Positions 48,399-58,004 of a DNA stretch of 64,000 bases are shown here, in pieces. Within the stretch, counting starts at the first letter, position 1, and every line of letters starts with the position of its first letter. The notes beneath the pieces are model-generated. The model searched no databases and was not told the DNA's origin. It saw nothing but the letters and a program-made list of their open reading frames with translations. Position numbers and translations under genes: made by a program. Source of the stretch: Candidatus Latescibacterota bacterium (GTDB taxonomy: Bacteria; Latescibacterota; Latescibacteria; Latescibacterales; Latescibacteraceae); the NCBI GenBank assembly GCA_016927495.1, contig JAFGMP010000040.1, forward strand, positions 3,585 to 67,584, in the 5' to 3' direction.

Positions 48399-49996
48399 AA
48401 AAAATCAACCTGACAATAAATAATCTCACAGTATCGGTAAACGACGGCAGCACCATACTCGATGCTGCCGAAACATTGGGAATTGCCATTCCCACACTCT
48501 GTTATGTGCCCGGTTACGAGCCTAATGCCACCTGTATGTTCTGTGTCGTTCATGAGTTGACAACCGACTCTCTGATTCTTGCATGTTCCATGCCTGCGAA
48601 AGAGGGAATGATTATTGAAACAGATACTGCCAGAGTATATGAAGCCCGTAAAGATACTCTCGATCTGTTATTAAGCGAGCATGTAGGGGATTGTGAGGCG
48701 CCCTGCCAGCGCACCTGCCCCACTAATATGAATATCCCGCTTATGATCAGGCAGATTAAAGAGAAAAAATTTGACGAAGTGCTCATCACCGTCAAGAAAA
48801 ACATCGCTTTACCGGCAGCTATGGGGCGTATCTGTCCGGCGCCGTGCGAAAAAGCCTGTAACCGTACATCCTATGACAATCCCGTTGCTATATGCTTATT
48901 AAAACGATTCGTCGCCGATAGAGACCTTGCGAAGGAAATACCGTACCGGCCTGAGATTTTTTCGAAATCGGGGAAAAAGGTGGCTGTTGTCGGAGCGGGG
49001 CCGGCAGGTCTTTCGGCTGCGTATTATCTTTCCCGGTATGGTCATGATTGCAGTCTTTTTGACCGAAATAAAAAACCAGGAGGACAGCTTCAATACGGTG
49101 TTCCCGCCGACAAACTGCCAAGACCGGTTTTGGATGCCGAGATTGAACAAATACTTACTTTAGGCGTCGAATTTATGAGCGAACAAATACTGGGAAAAAA
49201 TTTTAGTCTGGGTGAACTGCGCAAGGATCACGATGCGGTTGTTCTTGCGCTGGGTACAATAAACACTGATGTAGTAATCGATCCTGATTTGCAATATTCC
49301 CCTGCCGGAATAACCGTCAACAGAAAAACATTTGAAACCTCTATTCCCGGAGTATTTGCCGGTGGTAATGTGATATCGGAAGGCAAAATGGCGATTCGTT
49401 CCGCCGCGCACGGTAAATTTATAGCCTATTCGGTTAACCGGTATGTAAGCGGTTTATCGCTTACCGGTTATCCACAAAGATTCAATTCGATGATGGGGAA
49501 ATTAATCGAAGGCGAGGACAAAGAGTTTATTAAAGAGGCGGAGGTGTTCGACCGGGTAGAACCCGCAGGGGGATTGAATGCAGGGTATACCGTCGACGAG
49601 GCGGTCAATGAATCGAAACGGTGTTTCCACTGCGACTGTAGAAAACCGGAATCATGTAAACTAAGGCAATATTCCGAAAAGTACGGTGCAGACAGAAGAC
49701 GGTTTAAGATCGATCGAAGAAAACCGTTTCGAAAAATAGTGCAGCATGAATTGGTCAATTTCGAACCGGGGAAATGTATTCATTGTAACATCTGTGTCGA
49801 AATCACTAAAAAAGCGGGAGAAAAACTCGGTTTCACATTTATAAACCGTGGGTTTGATGTTCAAATGACTGTTCCCTTTAATGAATCTCTGAATGCAGGG
49901 CTTCGAAAAGCGGCGAAAGAGTGTGTCGACTCCTGCCCGACTGCGGCTCTATCCTGGCGAAACGGCGAAGAAGGATTACATCGTGATACAACATAA
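48395..49996 (+). CDS. Fe-S flavoprotein with a NuoG-N-terminal-like [2Fe-2S], [4Fe-4S] motifs and a GltD-like FAD/NAD(P) oxidoreductase domain
   Basis: The ATG overlaps the upstream stop (ATGA). The motifs are LTINNLTVSVNDGSTILDAAETLGIAIPTLCY...CMFCVV, CEAPCQRTCP, CPAPCEKACN and VAVVGAGPAGLSAAYYL (Rossmann). The C-terminus has CFHCDC...CIHCNICVE. Confidence 0.75.
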   Translation: MKKINLTINNLTVSVNDGSTILDAAETLGIAIPTLCYVPGYEPNATCMFCVVHELTTDSLILACSMPAKEGMIIETDTARVYEARKDTLDLLLSEHVGDCEAPCQRTCPTNMNIPLMIRQIKEKKFDEVLITVKKNIALPAAMGRICPAPCEKACNRTSYDNPVAICLLKRFVADRDLAKEIPYRPEIFSKSGKKVAVVGAGPAGLSAAYYLSRYGHDCSLFDRNKKPGGQLQYGVPADKLPRPVLDAEIEQILTLGVEFMSEQILGKNFSLGELRKDHDAVVLALGTINTDVVIDPDLQYSPAGITVNRKTFETSIPGVFAGGNVISEGKMAIRSAAHGKFIAYSVNRYVSGLSLTGYPQRFNSMMGKLIEGEDKEFIKEAEVFDRVEPAGGLNAGYTVDEAVNESKRCFHCDCRKPESCKLRQYSEKYGADRRRFKIDRRKPFRKIVQHELVNFEPGKCIHCNICVEITKKAGEKLGFTFINRGFDVQMTVPFNESLNAGLRKAAKECVDSCPTAALSWRNGEEGLHRDTT

Positions 49997-51146
49997 ATCA
50001 ATTACCTTTATAATCGTTTTTTTCTCTCTGCTTTGCGGCTGTTCGGAAAAAAAACACACTGAACGCACAACTGAATACCACGTGACTGAAGTATGGCCTG
50101 TTTTTCGGAGTGATTTTAATTTATCGGGAGTCACCGATGCTCAACTTCCGGATACCATGAAATCGTTGTGGTCTTTCAAAACGGGTGGCCCTGTTATTTC
50201 CTCCCCGGTAATCGGTTTCAGGACAGTCTATATCGGGTCAACCGACGGCAAAGTGTATGCGATCGGACTACGTGACGGTAAAAAAACATGGGAATTTGAT
50301 ACGGGGGACGATATCGAAGCCTCTCCTATGCTGCTCGACCAAACGATATATATCGGTAATTTAAGAGGTAACTTTTTCGCCCTCGATGCTCAAACCGGAC
50401 GGGCCAGATGGACGTATAAAATCGACGGCGATATCATGGGTTCGGCAAACTGGGTGAATGTTCCGGGCAGCCCTAAAAATCTGGTTCTGGTCGGCAGTTA
50501 CGATACGAAAATGTATTGTTTTGAGTCCGACACCGGCAACCTTAAGTGGACATACGAAACCAACTATTATATTAACGGAGCACCTGCAACTGATGGACAT
50601 AATGTTGTTTTCGGCGGTTGCGATGAACAGCTTCACATATTATCGGCGATGGACGGAACAAAAAAAGGAGAGGTATGGGCCGGTTCTTATATAGCCGGTT
50701 CGGCGGCGCTGGTGGATAATCGGGCGTATGTGGGTCATTACGGCGGCAAATTAGTGTGTATCGATGTGGTTGACCGGAAAATTGTATGGGAATATGGGGA
50801 TAAAGAGGGTGGAAGCGAGTTTTTTTCCTCTCCGGCAGTGGGGAAAGACAAAGTTCTCATAGGGTCACGGGATAATTTTCTGCACTGTGTCGACCGAAAG
50901 ACAGGGCAAATGATATGGAAATTCCAAACCCGCGGCGAAGTTGACAGTTCACCGGTGATCGTAAACGACAAGGTTGTATTCGGATCGTCTGACGGCAGAT
51001 TCTACATGGTTACACTTGAGGATGGCAAAGAAGTATGGTCGTATGAAATCGGCTCTTCAATCACAGGAAGTCCTGCGGTAATTGACGGCATGATTGTAAT
51101 TGGTGCGGAAGACGGCCGTGTTTATGCATTCGGAGATGGCACATGA
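49983..51146 (+). CDS. PQQ/BamB-like beta-propeller lipoprotein (paralog 5)
   Basis: FIIVFFSLLCGCSEKK is a lipoprotein-type signal. VWPVFRSDFNLSG...LWSFKTGGPVISSPVIG is propeller-like. A probable GTG start at 49983 overlaps the upstream gene. Confidence 0.65.
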   Translation: MIQHKSITFIIVFFSLLCGCSEKKHTERTTEYHVTEVWPVFRSDFNLSGVTDAQLPDTMKSLWSFKTGGPVISSPVIGFRTVYIGSTDGKVYAIGLRDGKKTWEFDTGDDIEASPMLLDQTIYIGNLRGNFFALDAQTGRARWTYKIDGDIMGSANWVNVPGSPKNLVLVGSYDTKMYCFESDTGNLKWTYETNYYINGAPATDGHNVVFGGCDEQLHILSAMDGTKKGEVWAGSYIAGSAALVDNRAYVGHYGGKLVCIDVVDRKIVWEYGDKEGGSEFFSSPAVGKDKVLIGSRDNFLHCVDRKTGQMIWKFQTRGEVDSSPVIVNDKVVFGSSDGRFYMVTLEDGKEVWSYEIGSSITGSPAVIDGMIVIGAEDGRVYAFGDGT

Positions 51147-52426
51147 AAATTGTCCACATTATACCGGGTTCAGGTGGATCCTTCTATTGTCAAAACTGTA
51201 TGAGAGACAATGACCTGGTAAAATCACTCATGGCGCTCGGTCACGAAATCCACATGGTGCCAATGTATTTGCCCCTCAGTATCGAGAAAAACGATCAACC
51301 GGATGATATCCCGATATTTTACGGCGCGATCAATATGTATCTCAAGGACAAACTACCGTCATACCGTTTCGCTCCGAACTGGATGAAAAAATTGTTTGAC
51401 TCGCAGCCTTTTTTACGGTTTGCGGCGAAAAAATCAGGTTCAACCCGTGCATCTGGGCTGGAGGAAATGACTATCTCGATGCTCAAGGGTGAAGAAGGCC
51501 GTCAGGCAGCGGAATTGAAGCATCTGGTCGGATATCTGGCTCAGGAGATCAAACCTGATATTATTCATCTTTCAAATGCGCTGTTACTCGGTCTTGCCCG
51601 ACGGATGAAAATTGAACTTAATGCTAAAATCGTATGCTCTCTGCAGGATGAAAATGAATGGATCGACCTTATGACTGCTGATTATCAAGCAATAGTTTGG
51701 GCGTTGATGGCAGAGAGAGCGGTCGATGTGGACATGTTTGTTTCTCCCAGTAAGTTTTATTTCGGGAAATCGATGGATTATCTGAAAATACCTCCTGAAA
51801 AAATCAGTGTGGTATATAATGGTATTAATCCGGAGGGTTATGAGTTTTCCTCACTTCCGTTTGAACCTCCGGTTATCGGTTATCTGTGCAGAATGTCGGA
51901 GTATTTCGGCTTAGGCATCCTTGTCGATGCATTTATTCTTCTAAAACAGGATTCACGATTCCCCGGTTTGAAACTTTATCTGACCGGCGGTTATACGGGT
52001 GACGATAAAATTTTTGTTAAAAAGATGCTAAAGAAAGCGGCAGATTTTGGTTTCGAAAACGATATACGGATTTTTGAGGAATTCGACAAAAAGAGCAAAA
52101 TACAATTTTTAAAATCTCTTACGCTGCTCTCTGTTCCGGTGCCCGGAGGAGAAGCGTTCGGGGCATATCAGGTTGAAGCTCTGGCTGCCGGTGTACCTAT
52201 TGTACAACCGAATGTCGGCGGCTTTCCAGAATTTATCGAAACCACCGGCGGAGGCATCATCTACGAACCCAATGATGGTGAAAATCTCGCTAAAGCTCTG
52301 GCTTCACTTTTGACCCAACCGGACCGGATCCGTAAACTGGGTGAAAATGGAAGAAAAATCGTTCTGGAAAAGTATTCGCTGAGTATTATGGCTAAAAATA
52401 TGATGAAACTATATGAGGAGCTCTAA
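51143..52426 (+). CDS. Glycosyltransferase family 1 (GT4-like)
   Basis: MKIVHIIPGSGGSFYC... at the N-terminus and GEAFGAYQVEALAAGVPIV (an EX7E-type motif region) at the C-terminus. The ATGA start overlaps the upstream stop. Confidence 0.7.
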   Translation: MKIVHIIPGSGGSFYCQNCMRDNDLVKSLMALGHEIHMVPMYLPLSIEKNDQPDDIPIFYGAINMYLKDKLPSYRFAPNWMKKLFDSQPFLRFAAKKSGSTRASGLEEMTISMLKGEEGRQAAELKHLVGYLAQEIKPDIIHLSNALLLGLARRMKIELNAKIVCSLQDENEWIDLMTADYQAIVWALMAERAVDVDMFVSPSKFYFGKSMDYLKIPPEKISVVYNGINPEGYEFSSLPFEPPVIGYLCRMSEYFGLGILVDAFILLKQDSRFPGLKLYLTGGYTGDDKIFVKKMLKKAADFGFENDIRIFEEFDKKSKIQFLKSLTLLSVPVPGGEAFGAYQVEALAAGVPIVQPNVGGFPEFIETTGGGIIYEPNDGENLAKALASLLTQPDRIRKLGENGRKIVLEKYSLSIMAKNMMKLYEEL

Positions 52427-53121
52427 TGCTGCTTAACCTAAAAAATATTGTAAAACGTTACGATGTATCCCCAGGGAAAGATCCATTGACCGTGCTCGAT
52501 GGCATCTCTTTTCAGGTAAATCATGGAGAAACAATCGCTGTGGTTGGCCCCTCAGGTTCCGGGAAAAGTACATTGCTGAATATTGTGGGAGCGTTAGATA
52601 AACCAACATCCGGCGTTGTTTTATTCGAAGGAAATAATCTGGCGGAGATGAAAGATAACGATGTGGCACATTTCAGAAATGAAAAGATCGGATTCATTTT
52701 CCAGCTTCATCATTTGCTCCCTCAGTGTACGGTTCTTGAGAATGTATTGATTCCAACGTTGACCCGTAAAACACATAAACATAATGAGGAATTAAGAAAC
52801 AGGGCTGAAGAATTATTAATAAAAGTCGGGCTCAATGATCATCTTGATTATTTCCCCGCTCGCCTGTCCGGCGGTGAACAACAGCGAGTTGCAGTAGTTC
52901 GGGCGCTGATTAACAAGCCTAAATTGCTGTTAGCGGATGAACCGACAGGATCGCTCGACCAGACATCGGCTGAAAATTTGGGTCGTCTGCTGCTGCAGAT
53001 CAACAAAGAAGATAATGTGTCATTGATTGTAGTAACCCATTCTCTTGATCTGGCGAGGAAAATGGATACGGTATATAGTCTCAGTAATGGTAAACTGGAG
53101 CCGTTCAACACGAACTATTAA
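52426..53121 (+). CDS. ABC transporter ATP-binding protein (LolD/MacB-type)
   Basis: Walker A GPSGSGKSTLLNIV, signature LSGGEQQRVAVVRAL, Walker B LLLADEPTGSLD. Confidence 0.85.
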   Translation: MLLNLKNIVKRYDVSPGKDPLTVLDGISFQVNHGETIAVVGPSGSGKSTLLNIVGALDKPTSGVVLFEGNNLAEMKDNDVAHFRNEKIGFIFQLHHLLPQCTVLENVLIPTLTRKTHKHNEELRNRAEELLIKVGLNDHLDYFPARLSGGEQQRVAVVRALINKPKLLLADEPTGSLDQTSAENLGRLLLQINKEDNVSLIVVTHSLDLARKMDTVYSLSNGKLEPFNTNY

Positions 53122-56100
53122 TGTTTATGACTAAAACAAAACTGATTTTACGGAATCTTTTATATTATCGCCGAACTCATGTTTGGGTGGTTCTTGGCAC
53201 GATGGTTAGTACCGCCATATTAGTCGGCGCTCTCATAATCGGCGATTCCATCAGATTCAGCCTTCGGCAAATCGTATTTGACCGTCTTGGTAATACTCAA
53301 TTCGCATTGACATCGGGTGACCGTTTTTTTCGTACAAACGTTGCCGACAAATTATCGGAACAATTACAAACGCCTGTAGCACCTCTTTTGCAGACAAAAG
53401 GGATTGTTATTGTCGGTGGCGGACAAAAAAGAGTAAACAATGTACAAATAGTGGGCTTTGATAACCGCTTTGGAAGTATCAGTAATTTCTCCGGTTTTTC
53501 GGAATATATTGCGCCCGATGATGCGATTATAAACACCCATCTCGCAAATCGACTTCAAATAAAAGAAGGAGATGAGTTATTACTCCGGATAAATAATCCG
53601 GATATCATTCCAAAGGATATTTCCTGGGCTCTGGATTCCAATGTAAGTTATGCGAAAAGATGCACGGTAAAATCGATAGTGTCAAGAGAGGAATTTGGCG
53701 GATTTAATCTCAAAACCGATCAAATTGTTCCCAATACGGTATTCGTTTCTTTGCAGTTTCTGGGCAGCGAGATGGGATTAGATAATAAAGCCAATGTTCT
53801 GCTTGTTGCTGAATCTCAGGATAATCCGGTGACCATTACAAATGTTTCCGCAGCTTTTAAAGAGAACTGGTCACTGACAGATGCCGGTTTTACGTTCACT
53901 CCACTACTGAAAAACGGTCAGGTAGAGTTAAAATCAGAACGAATTTTCCTGGATTCTTCGGTCATCAATGAAGCTCATAAATTATACGATAACACTCAGG
54001 ATATTTTTTCCTATTTTGTCAATGAAATACGATTGAATGACAGATTCGCACCGTATTCCTTTGTTTCTGCCGTAAGCGATTTCGATCTCGATGAAAATGA
54101 GATTCTCATTAATGAATGGCTTGCAGACGACCTTCACGCGCAAAAAGGAGACCTGTTGACACTGAGTTATTATATCCTCGGGCCGATGCGTTCTCTGGTA
54201 GAGACATCCGCCGATTTTCGTGTTAAGGCCGTTGTTCCCATTAAAGACATCTACGCCGATAGAGACTTAATCCCCAACTTTCCGGGTCTGTCGAATGAGG
54301 ATAATTGCCGTAACTGGGATCCGGGTATACCGGTCGATCTTGATAAAATCCGCCAGAAGGATGAATTATACTGGGAAAAATATCGTGGAACACCCAAAGT
54401 TTTTCTCTCGTTACGGGCCGCACAAAAAATGTGGCAAAACCGGTTTGGAAATTTAACTGCGATACGATTCCCCGGTGATAATGTTGAACAGATTGAAAAA
54501 ACGCTAGATCGGGGCATCGATCCGACGAGTCTCGGATTTTTCTTTCGGGACGTCAAGAGTGCCGGCATTATGGCAAGCACACACGCTGTCGACTTTGATC
54601 AATTATTTTTGGGGTTAAGTTTCTTTATTATCGTTGCCGCCCTGCTGTTGACCGGTTTACTGTATGTTTTTACTATCGAGCAACGATCGGAAGAAATCGG
54701 GTTGTTACTGGCTCTGGGTTTTACAAAGAATTCAATAAAACATCTTATTATGAATGAAGGTCTGATGCTGGTTATTTTCGGCAGTCTGGCAGGAATATTT
54801 CCGGGAATGATATATAATCAGATTGTAATGATAGCGCTCAGGAGTGTCTGGAACAATATTGTCGGAACAACTTCCATAGAAATTAATGTCAGGTTTTCTA
54901 CGATTGTTTTGGCTGCTGTGATCGGAATAATAATAAATCTCCTTACAATACGTGTAGTTGTGGGAAATCAGTTCAAACAAACGATAGCCGACCTGCAAAA
55001 AGGTGTCACAAAGCTGGAAACGATAACGACAAAGAGGCCGGTTTTTAGCCTGGTATCGGGTCTTTTGTGTGTATTCGGTGTTGTATTTATCCTGATTTTT
55101 TCATCTACTGGAAATGAACGGGAGATGATAATGCCCTTTTATTCTGCGGGTATCCTGCTTTTAATCGGGTGCATAGCTTTTGTTAAGTATTTCATCGAAT
55201 CGTATGCGAAAAAAGTAAACGGTAAGAAATTAAACGTTATAAACATCGGCTTTCGGAATACTGTACGTAAACGGTTTCGCAGCCTGGCTGTTGTCGGATT
55301 ACTTGCATGCGGAATCTTTATCGTTTTTACTATCGGGGCAAACCGACGAAGTCCGTTAACGCATGCTGAAAAAAGAAATTCGACAACAGGCGGTTTTGCG
55401 CTGTTCGGCGAAAGTGTCATTCCCATTTTGTATGATTTAAATAGTGAAAAAGGGCGCGATTTTTACGGTTTGAATATAGTAAATGCCGAAAAGGTGAAAT
55501 TCGTATCGTTTCGTGTCAGAGAAGGTGATGATGCCAGTTGCCTGAATCTCAACCGTATTTCAACACCTCAACTTATCGGCGTCAATCCTTCTGAACTGGC
55601 TAAAAGGAAGGCGTTCTCTTTTGCTAAAATAACAGATGAGGTAAATGCTGATAATCCATGGAATGTACTCGAACGCGACTTGTCCGATGATGTTATTCCC
55701 GGAATAGCGGATCAAACAGTTATAGTCTGGGGGCTTGGGAAAGCAGTCGGTGATACACTGAATTATGTGGACGAAAACGGAAATACATTCGGTATTAAAC
55801 TGGTTGGCGGATTGATTAATTCAATTTTTCAGGGCAATGTTATTATCTCTGAGAAAGCATTCATACAAAAATATCCGTCGATCAGCGGTGCACGGCTTTT
55901 TCTGGTGGATGCTCCTTTAGATGAAATCGATGAGGTCTACCAAAAAATCTCATGGGCTTTACAGGATCAGGGCATCGATATAACCAAAACGTATGACAGG
56001 CTTACTCAATTTACTCAGGTTGAGAACACGTACCTGTCGATATTTTTAATCCTGGGTACCCTGGGTTTGATTATAGGCAGTATCGGGATAGGCATCGTTA

Positions 56101-56411
56101 TAGGAAGAAACGTATTCGAACGTCTGGGTGAACTGGCGTTACTCAAAGCTGTGGGTTTTAATGGAAAAACGATCCAACATCTTATTTTTTCCGAGCATTC
56201 GGTTTTATTATTTTCCGGCATAACAATCGGTATTCTTTCCGCTTTGGTTGCAACTCTTCCTGCGCTGAAACAATCCGGAACTGAAATTCCTTATATCAGT
56301 ATAATTTTATTATCGGTACTAATTGTGGTAAACGGAGGATTCTGGATATATTTTTCGACGAACAGAACAATAAAAAAAAGGGAAATTTTACCCTCGCTGA
56401 GAAATGAATAA
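53121..56411 (+). CDS. Large ABC transporter permease with duplicated FtsX/MacB-like domains (1096 aa)
   Basis: The N-terminal TM is followed by a large extracytoplasmic domain and a 3-4-TM FtsX-like bundle. This arrangement occurs twice, and the protein is translationally coupled to the ATPase. Confidence 0.75.
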   Translation: MFMTKTKLILRNLLYYRRTHVWVVLGTMVSTAILVGALIIGDSIRFSLRQIVFDRLGNTQFALTSGDRFFRTNVADKLSEQLQTPVAPLLQTKGIVIVGGGQKRVNNVQIVGFDNRFGSISNFSGFSEYIAPDDAIINTHLANRLQIKEGDELLLRINNPDIIPKDISWALDSNVSYAKRCTVKSIVSREEFGGFNLKTDQIVPNTVFVSLQFLGSEMGLDNKANVLLVAESQDNPVTITNVSAAFKENWSLTDAGFTFTPLLKNGQVELKSERIFLDSSVINEAHKLYDNTQDIFSYFVNEIRLNDRFAPYSFVSAVSDFDLDENEILINEWLADDLHAQKGDLLTLSYYILGPMRSLVETSADFRVKAVVPIKDIYADRDLIPNFPGLSNEDNCRNWDPGIPVDLDKIRQKDELYWEKYRGTPKVFLSLRAAQKMWQNRFGNLTAIRFPGDNVEQIEKTLDRGIDPTSLGFFFRDVKSAGIMASTHAVDFDQLFLGLSFFIIVAALLLTGLLYVFTIEQRSEEIGLLLALGFTKNSIKHLIMNEGLMLVIFGSLAGIFPGMIYNQIVMIALRSVWNNIVGTTSIEINVRFSTIVLAAVIGIIINLLTIRVVVGNQFKQTIADLQKGVTKLETITTKRPVFSLVSGLLCVFGVVFILIFSSTGNEREMIMPFYSAGILLLIGCIAFVKYFIESYAKKVNGKKLNVINIGFRNTVRKRFRSLAVVGLLACGIFIVFTIGANRRSPLTHAEKRNSTTGGFALFGESVIPILYDLNSEKGRDFYGLNIVNAEKVKFVSFRVREGDDASCLNLNRISTPQLIGVNPSELAKRKAFSFAKITDEVNADNPWNVLERDLSDDVIPGIADQTVIVWGLGKAVGDTLNYVDENGNTFGIKLVGGLINSIFQGNVIISEKAFIQKYPSISGARLFLVDAPLDEIDEVYQKISWALQDQGIDITKTYDRLTQFTQVENTYLSIFLILGTLGLIIGSIGIGIVIGRNVFERLGELALLKAVGFNGKTIQHLIFSEHSVLLFSGITIGILSALVATLPALKQSGTEIPYISIILLSVLIVVNGGFWIYFSTNRTIKKREILPSLRNE

Positions 56412-56613
56412 TGAATCCGGAGTTTAGCCCCGATAATAGATAAAAAAGAATTTTTAAAATACAGTAAAACGTAATATTATCACTCGGATCCGTCGACTGT
56501 CACTCTCAGTGAAAAGAAGAGTTTTAAAAAAACCAGATTCTTCACTTCGTTCAGAATGACAGAATATTAATAATGAGAGATATTACGATCTTGGTGACAA
56601 AGGATTTATACAG

Positions 56614-57939
56614 ATGATTTTTCGAATGCTGACAATAATTTCTGTGTGTTTATTCAATGTCTATACACTCATAGCACAACAGACATCCGAATCAATGCGC
56701 TACTGGCCGCAATGGCGTGGGCCGCTGGCAACCGGTGAAGCGCCGTACGGTGATCCGCCTGCCACATGGGATGAGGATACAAATATCCGGTGGAAAGTCC
56801 CGTTACCCGGACTTGGTCATGCCACTCCGGTAGTATGGGGAGACCGTATTTATATTTCGACAGCTGTTCCGGCGGGTGCAAAAGACTCGGACAGTAAGAG
56901 TCGGGCTGGAAGAATCTTCGGGACGCTTATGTCAAATAACTCGTTCAGTTACGAAGTTCTGGCGATAAACCGGACAGACGGTAGTCTTGTCTGGCGCAGA
57001 ACAGCCCGTGTTGAACCTCCACATGAGGGTCGTCATGAGGATGCAAGCTGGGCATCCTGTTCACCGGTCACCGATGGAGAATATGTAATCGCATCTTTCG
57101 GATCACGAGGTTTCTACTGCTATGACTGGAAAGGTAATCTCCTGTGGGAGAAGGATTTCGGCGATTTACGAATTCGATTTCAATGGGGGGAGGGCAGTTC
57201 ACCAACCCTTAGCGGAGACAAACTCATCATTCCATGGGATCATGACGGTGATTCTTTTATTGTGGCGCTGGATAAAAAATCGGGACGTGAAATCTGGCGT
57301 GCGAAACGAAACGACGGGACCTCATGGGCTACACCGCTTGTCGTCGATCACAACGGGGAAAAGCAGGTTGTAGCCAGTTCGATAAGGTACGTCCGCAGTT
57401 TCGATTTTGAAACAGGGAAAGAACTGTGGCATACACGGGGTATGACGGCTAATCCTATCCCCTCTCCTGTTTCTGCAAATGGTATCGTCTACCTGATGGG
57501 AGGATACAGTGAAAGCATCCTTCAGGCAGTTTCGCTGGATAAAGCGCAGGGTGATGCCGCAATGTCGAAAGCGATAGTATGGGACTATCACCAGGACACG
57601 CCTTATGTCCCTTCCCCCCTGTTGTACGAAGGCAATTTATACTTTATAAAGTATAACCAGAACATGCTTTCGTGTTTGGACGCCATTACAGGAAAACCGC
57701 ATTATATCCGGCAGCGTTTAAACGGATTATCGGGTGTTTATTCATCACCGGTGGCAGCAAAGGATCGTGTGTATATTGCCGGACGAAACGGTGTTACGAT
57801 AGTATTCAAACATGGTCCAACGTTTGAAGTTCTTTCGCTGAATAAACTGAATGATCGTTTTGATGCCTCTCCGGTTATTGTGGGTAAAGATATGTATCTG
57901 CGTGGTCATGATAACCTGTATTGTATTTCAGAGAAATAA
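56614..57939 (+). CDS. Secreted PQQ/BamB-like beta-propeller protein (tandem paralog 6)
   Basis: Signal peptide, then YWPQWRGPLATGEAPYGDPPATWDEDTNIRWKVPLPGLGHATPVVWGDRIYIST. Confidence 0.75.
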   Translation: MIFRMLTIISVCLFNVYTLIAQQTSESMRYWPQWRGPLATGEAPYGDPPATWDEDTNIRWKVPLPGLGHATPVVWGDRIYISTAVPAGAKDSDSKSRAGRIFGTLMSNNSFSYEVLAINRTDGSLVWRRTARVEPPHEGRHEDASWASCSPVTDGEYVIASFGSRGFYCYDWKGNLLWEKDFGDLRIRFQWGEGSSPTLSGDKLIIPWDHDGDSFIVALDKKSGREIWRAKRNDGTSWATPLVVDHNGEKQVVASSIRYVRSFDFETGKELWHTRGMTANPIPSPVSANGIVYLMGGYSESILQAVSLDKAQGDAAMSKAIVWDYHQDTPYVPSPLLYEGNLYFIKYNQNMLSCLDAITGKPHYIRQRLNGLSGVYSSPVAAKDRVYIAGRNGVTIVFKHGPTFEVLSLNKLNDRFDASPVIVGKDMYLRGHDNLYCISEK

Positions 57940-58004
57940 TGCCATTGGGCTGAATATATCCTGATAAATTGATTGAAATAATATATAGAAAACATAAACA
58001 ACAT

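Noticed and set aside
56486-56497. Adjacent BamHI and SalI sites (GGATCCGTCGAC) in the intergenic region before the tandem propeller genes, which raised the question of a cloning-vector polylinker remnant
   Set aside because: Only 12 nt match, with no flanking vector sequence (lacZ-alpha, T7 or MCS neighbours). The surrounding AT-rich context is native-looking, so chance is the most parsimonious explanation.
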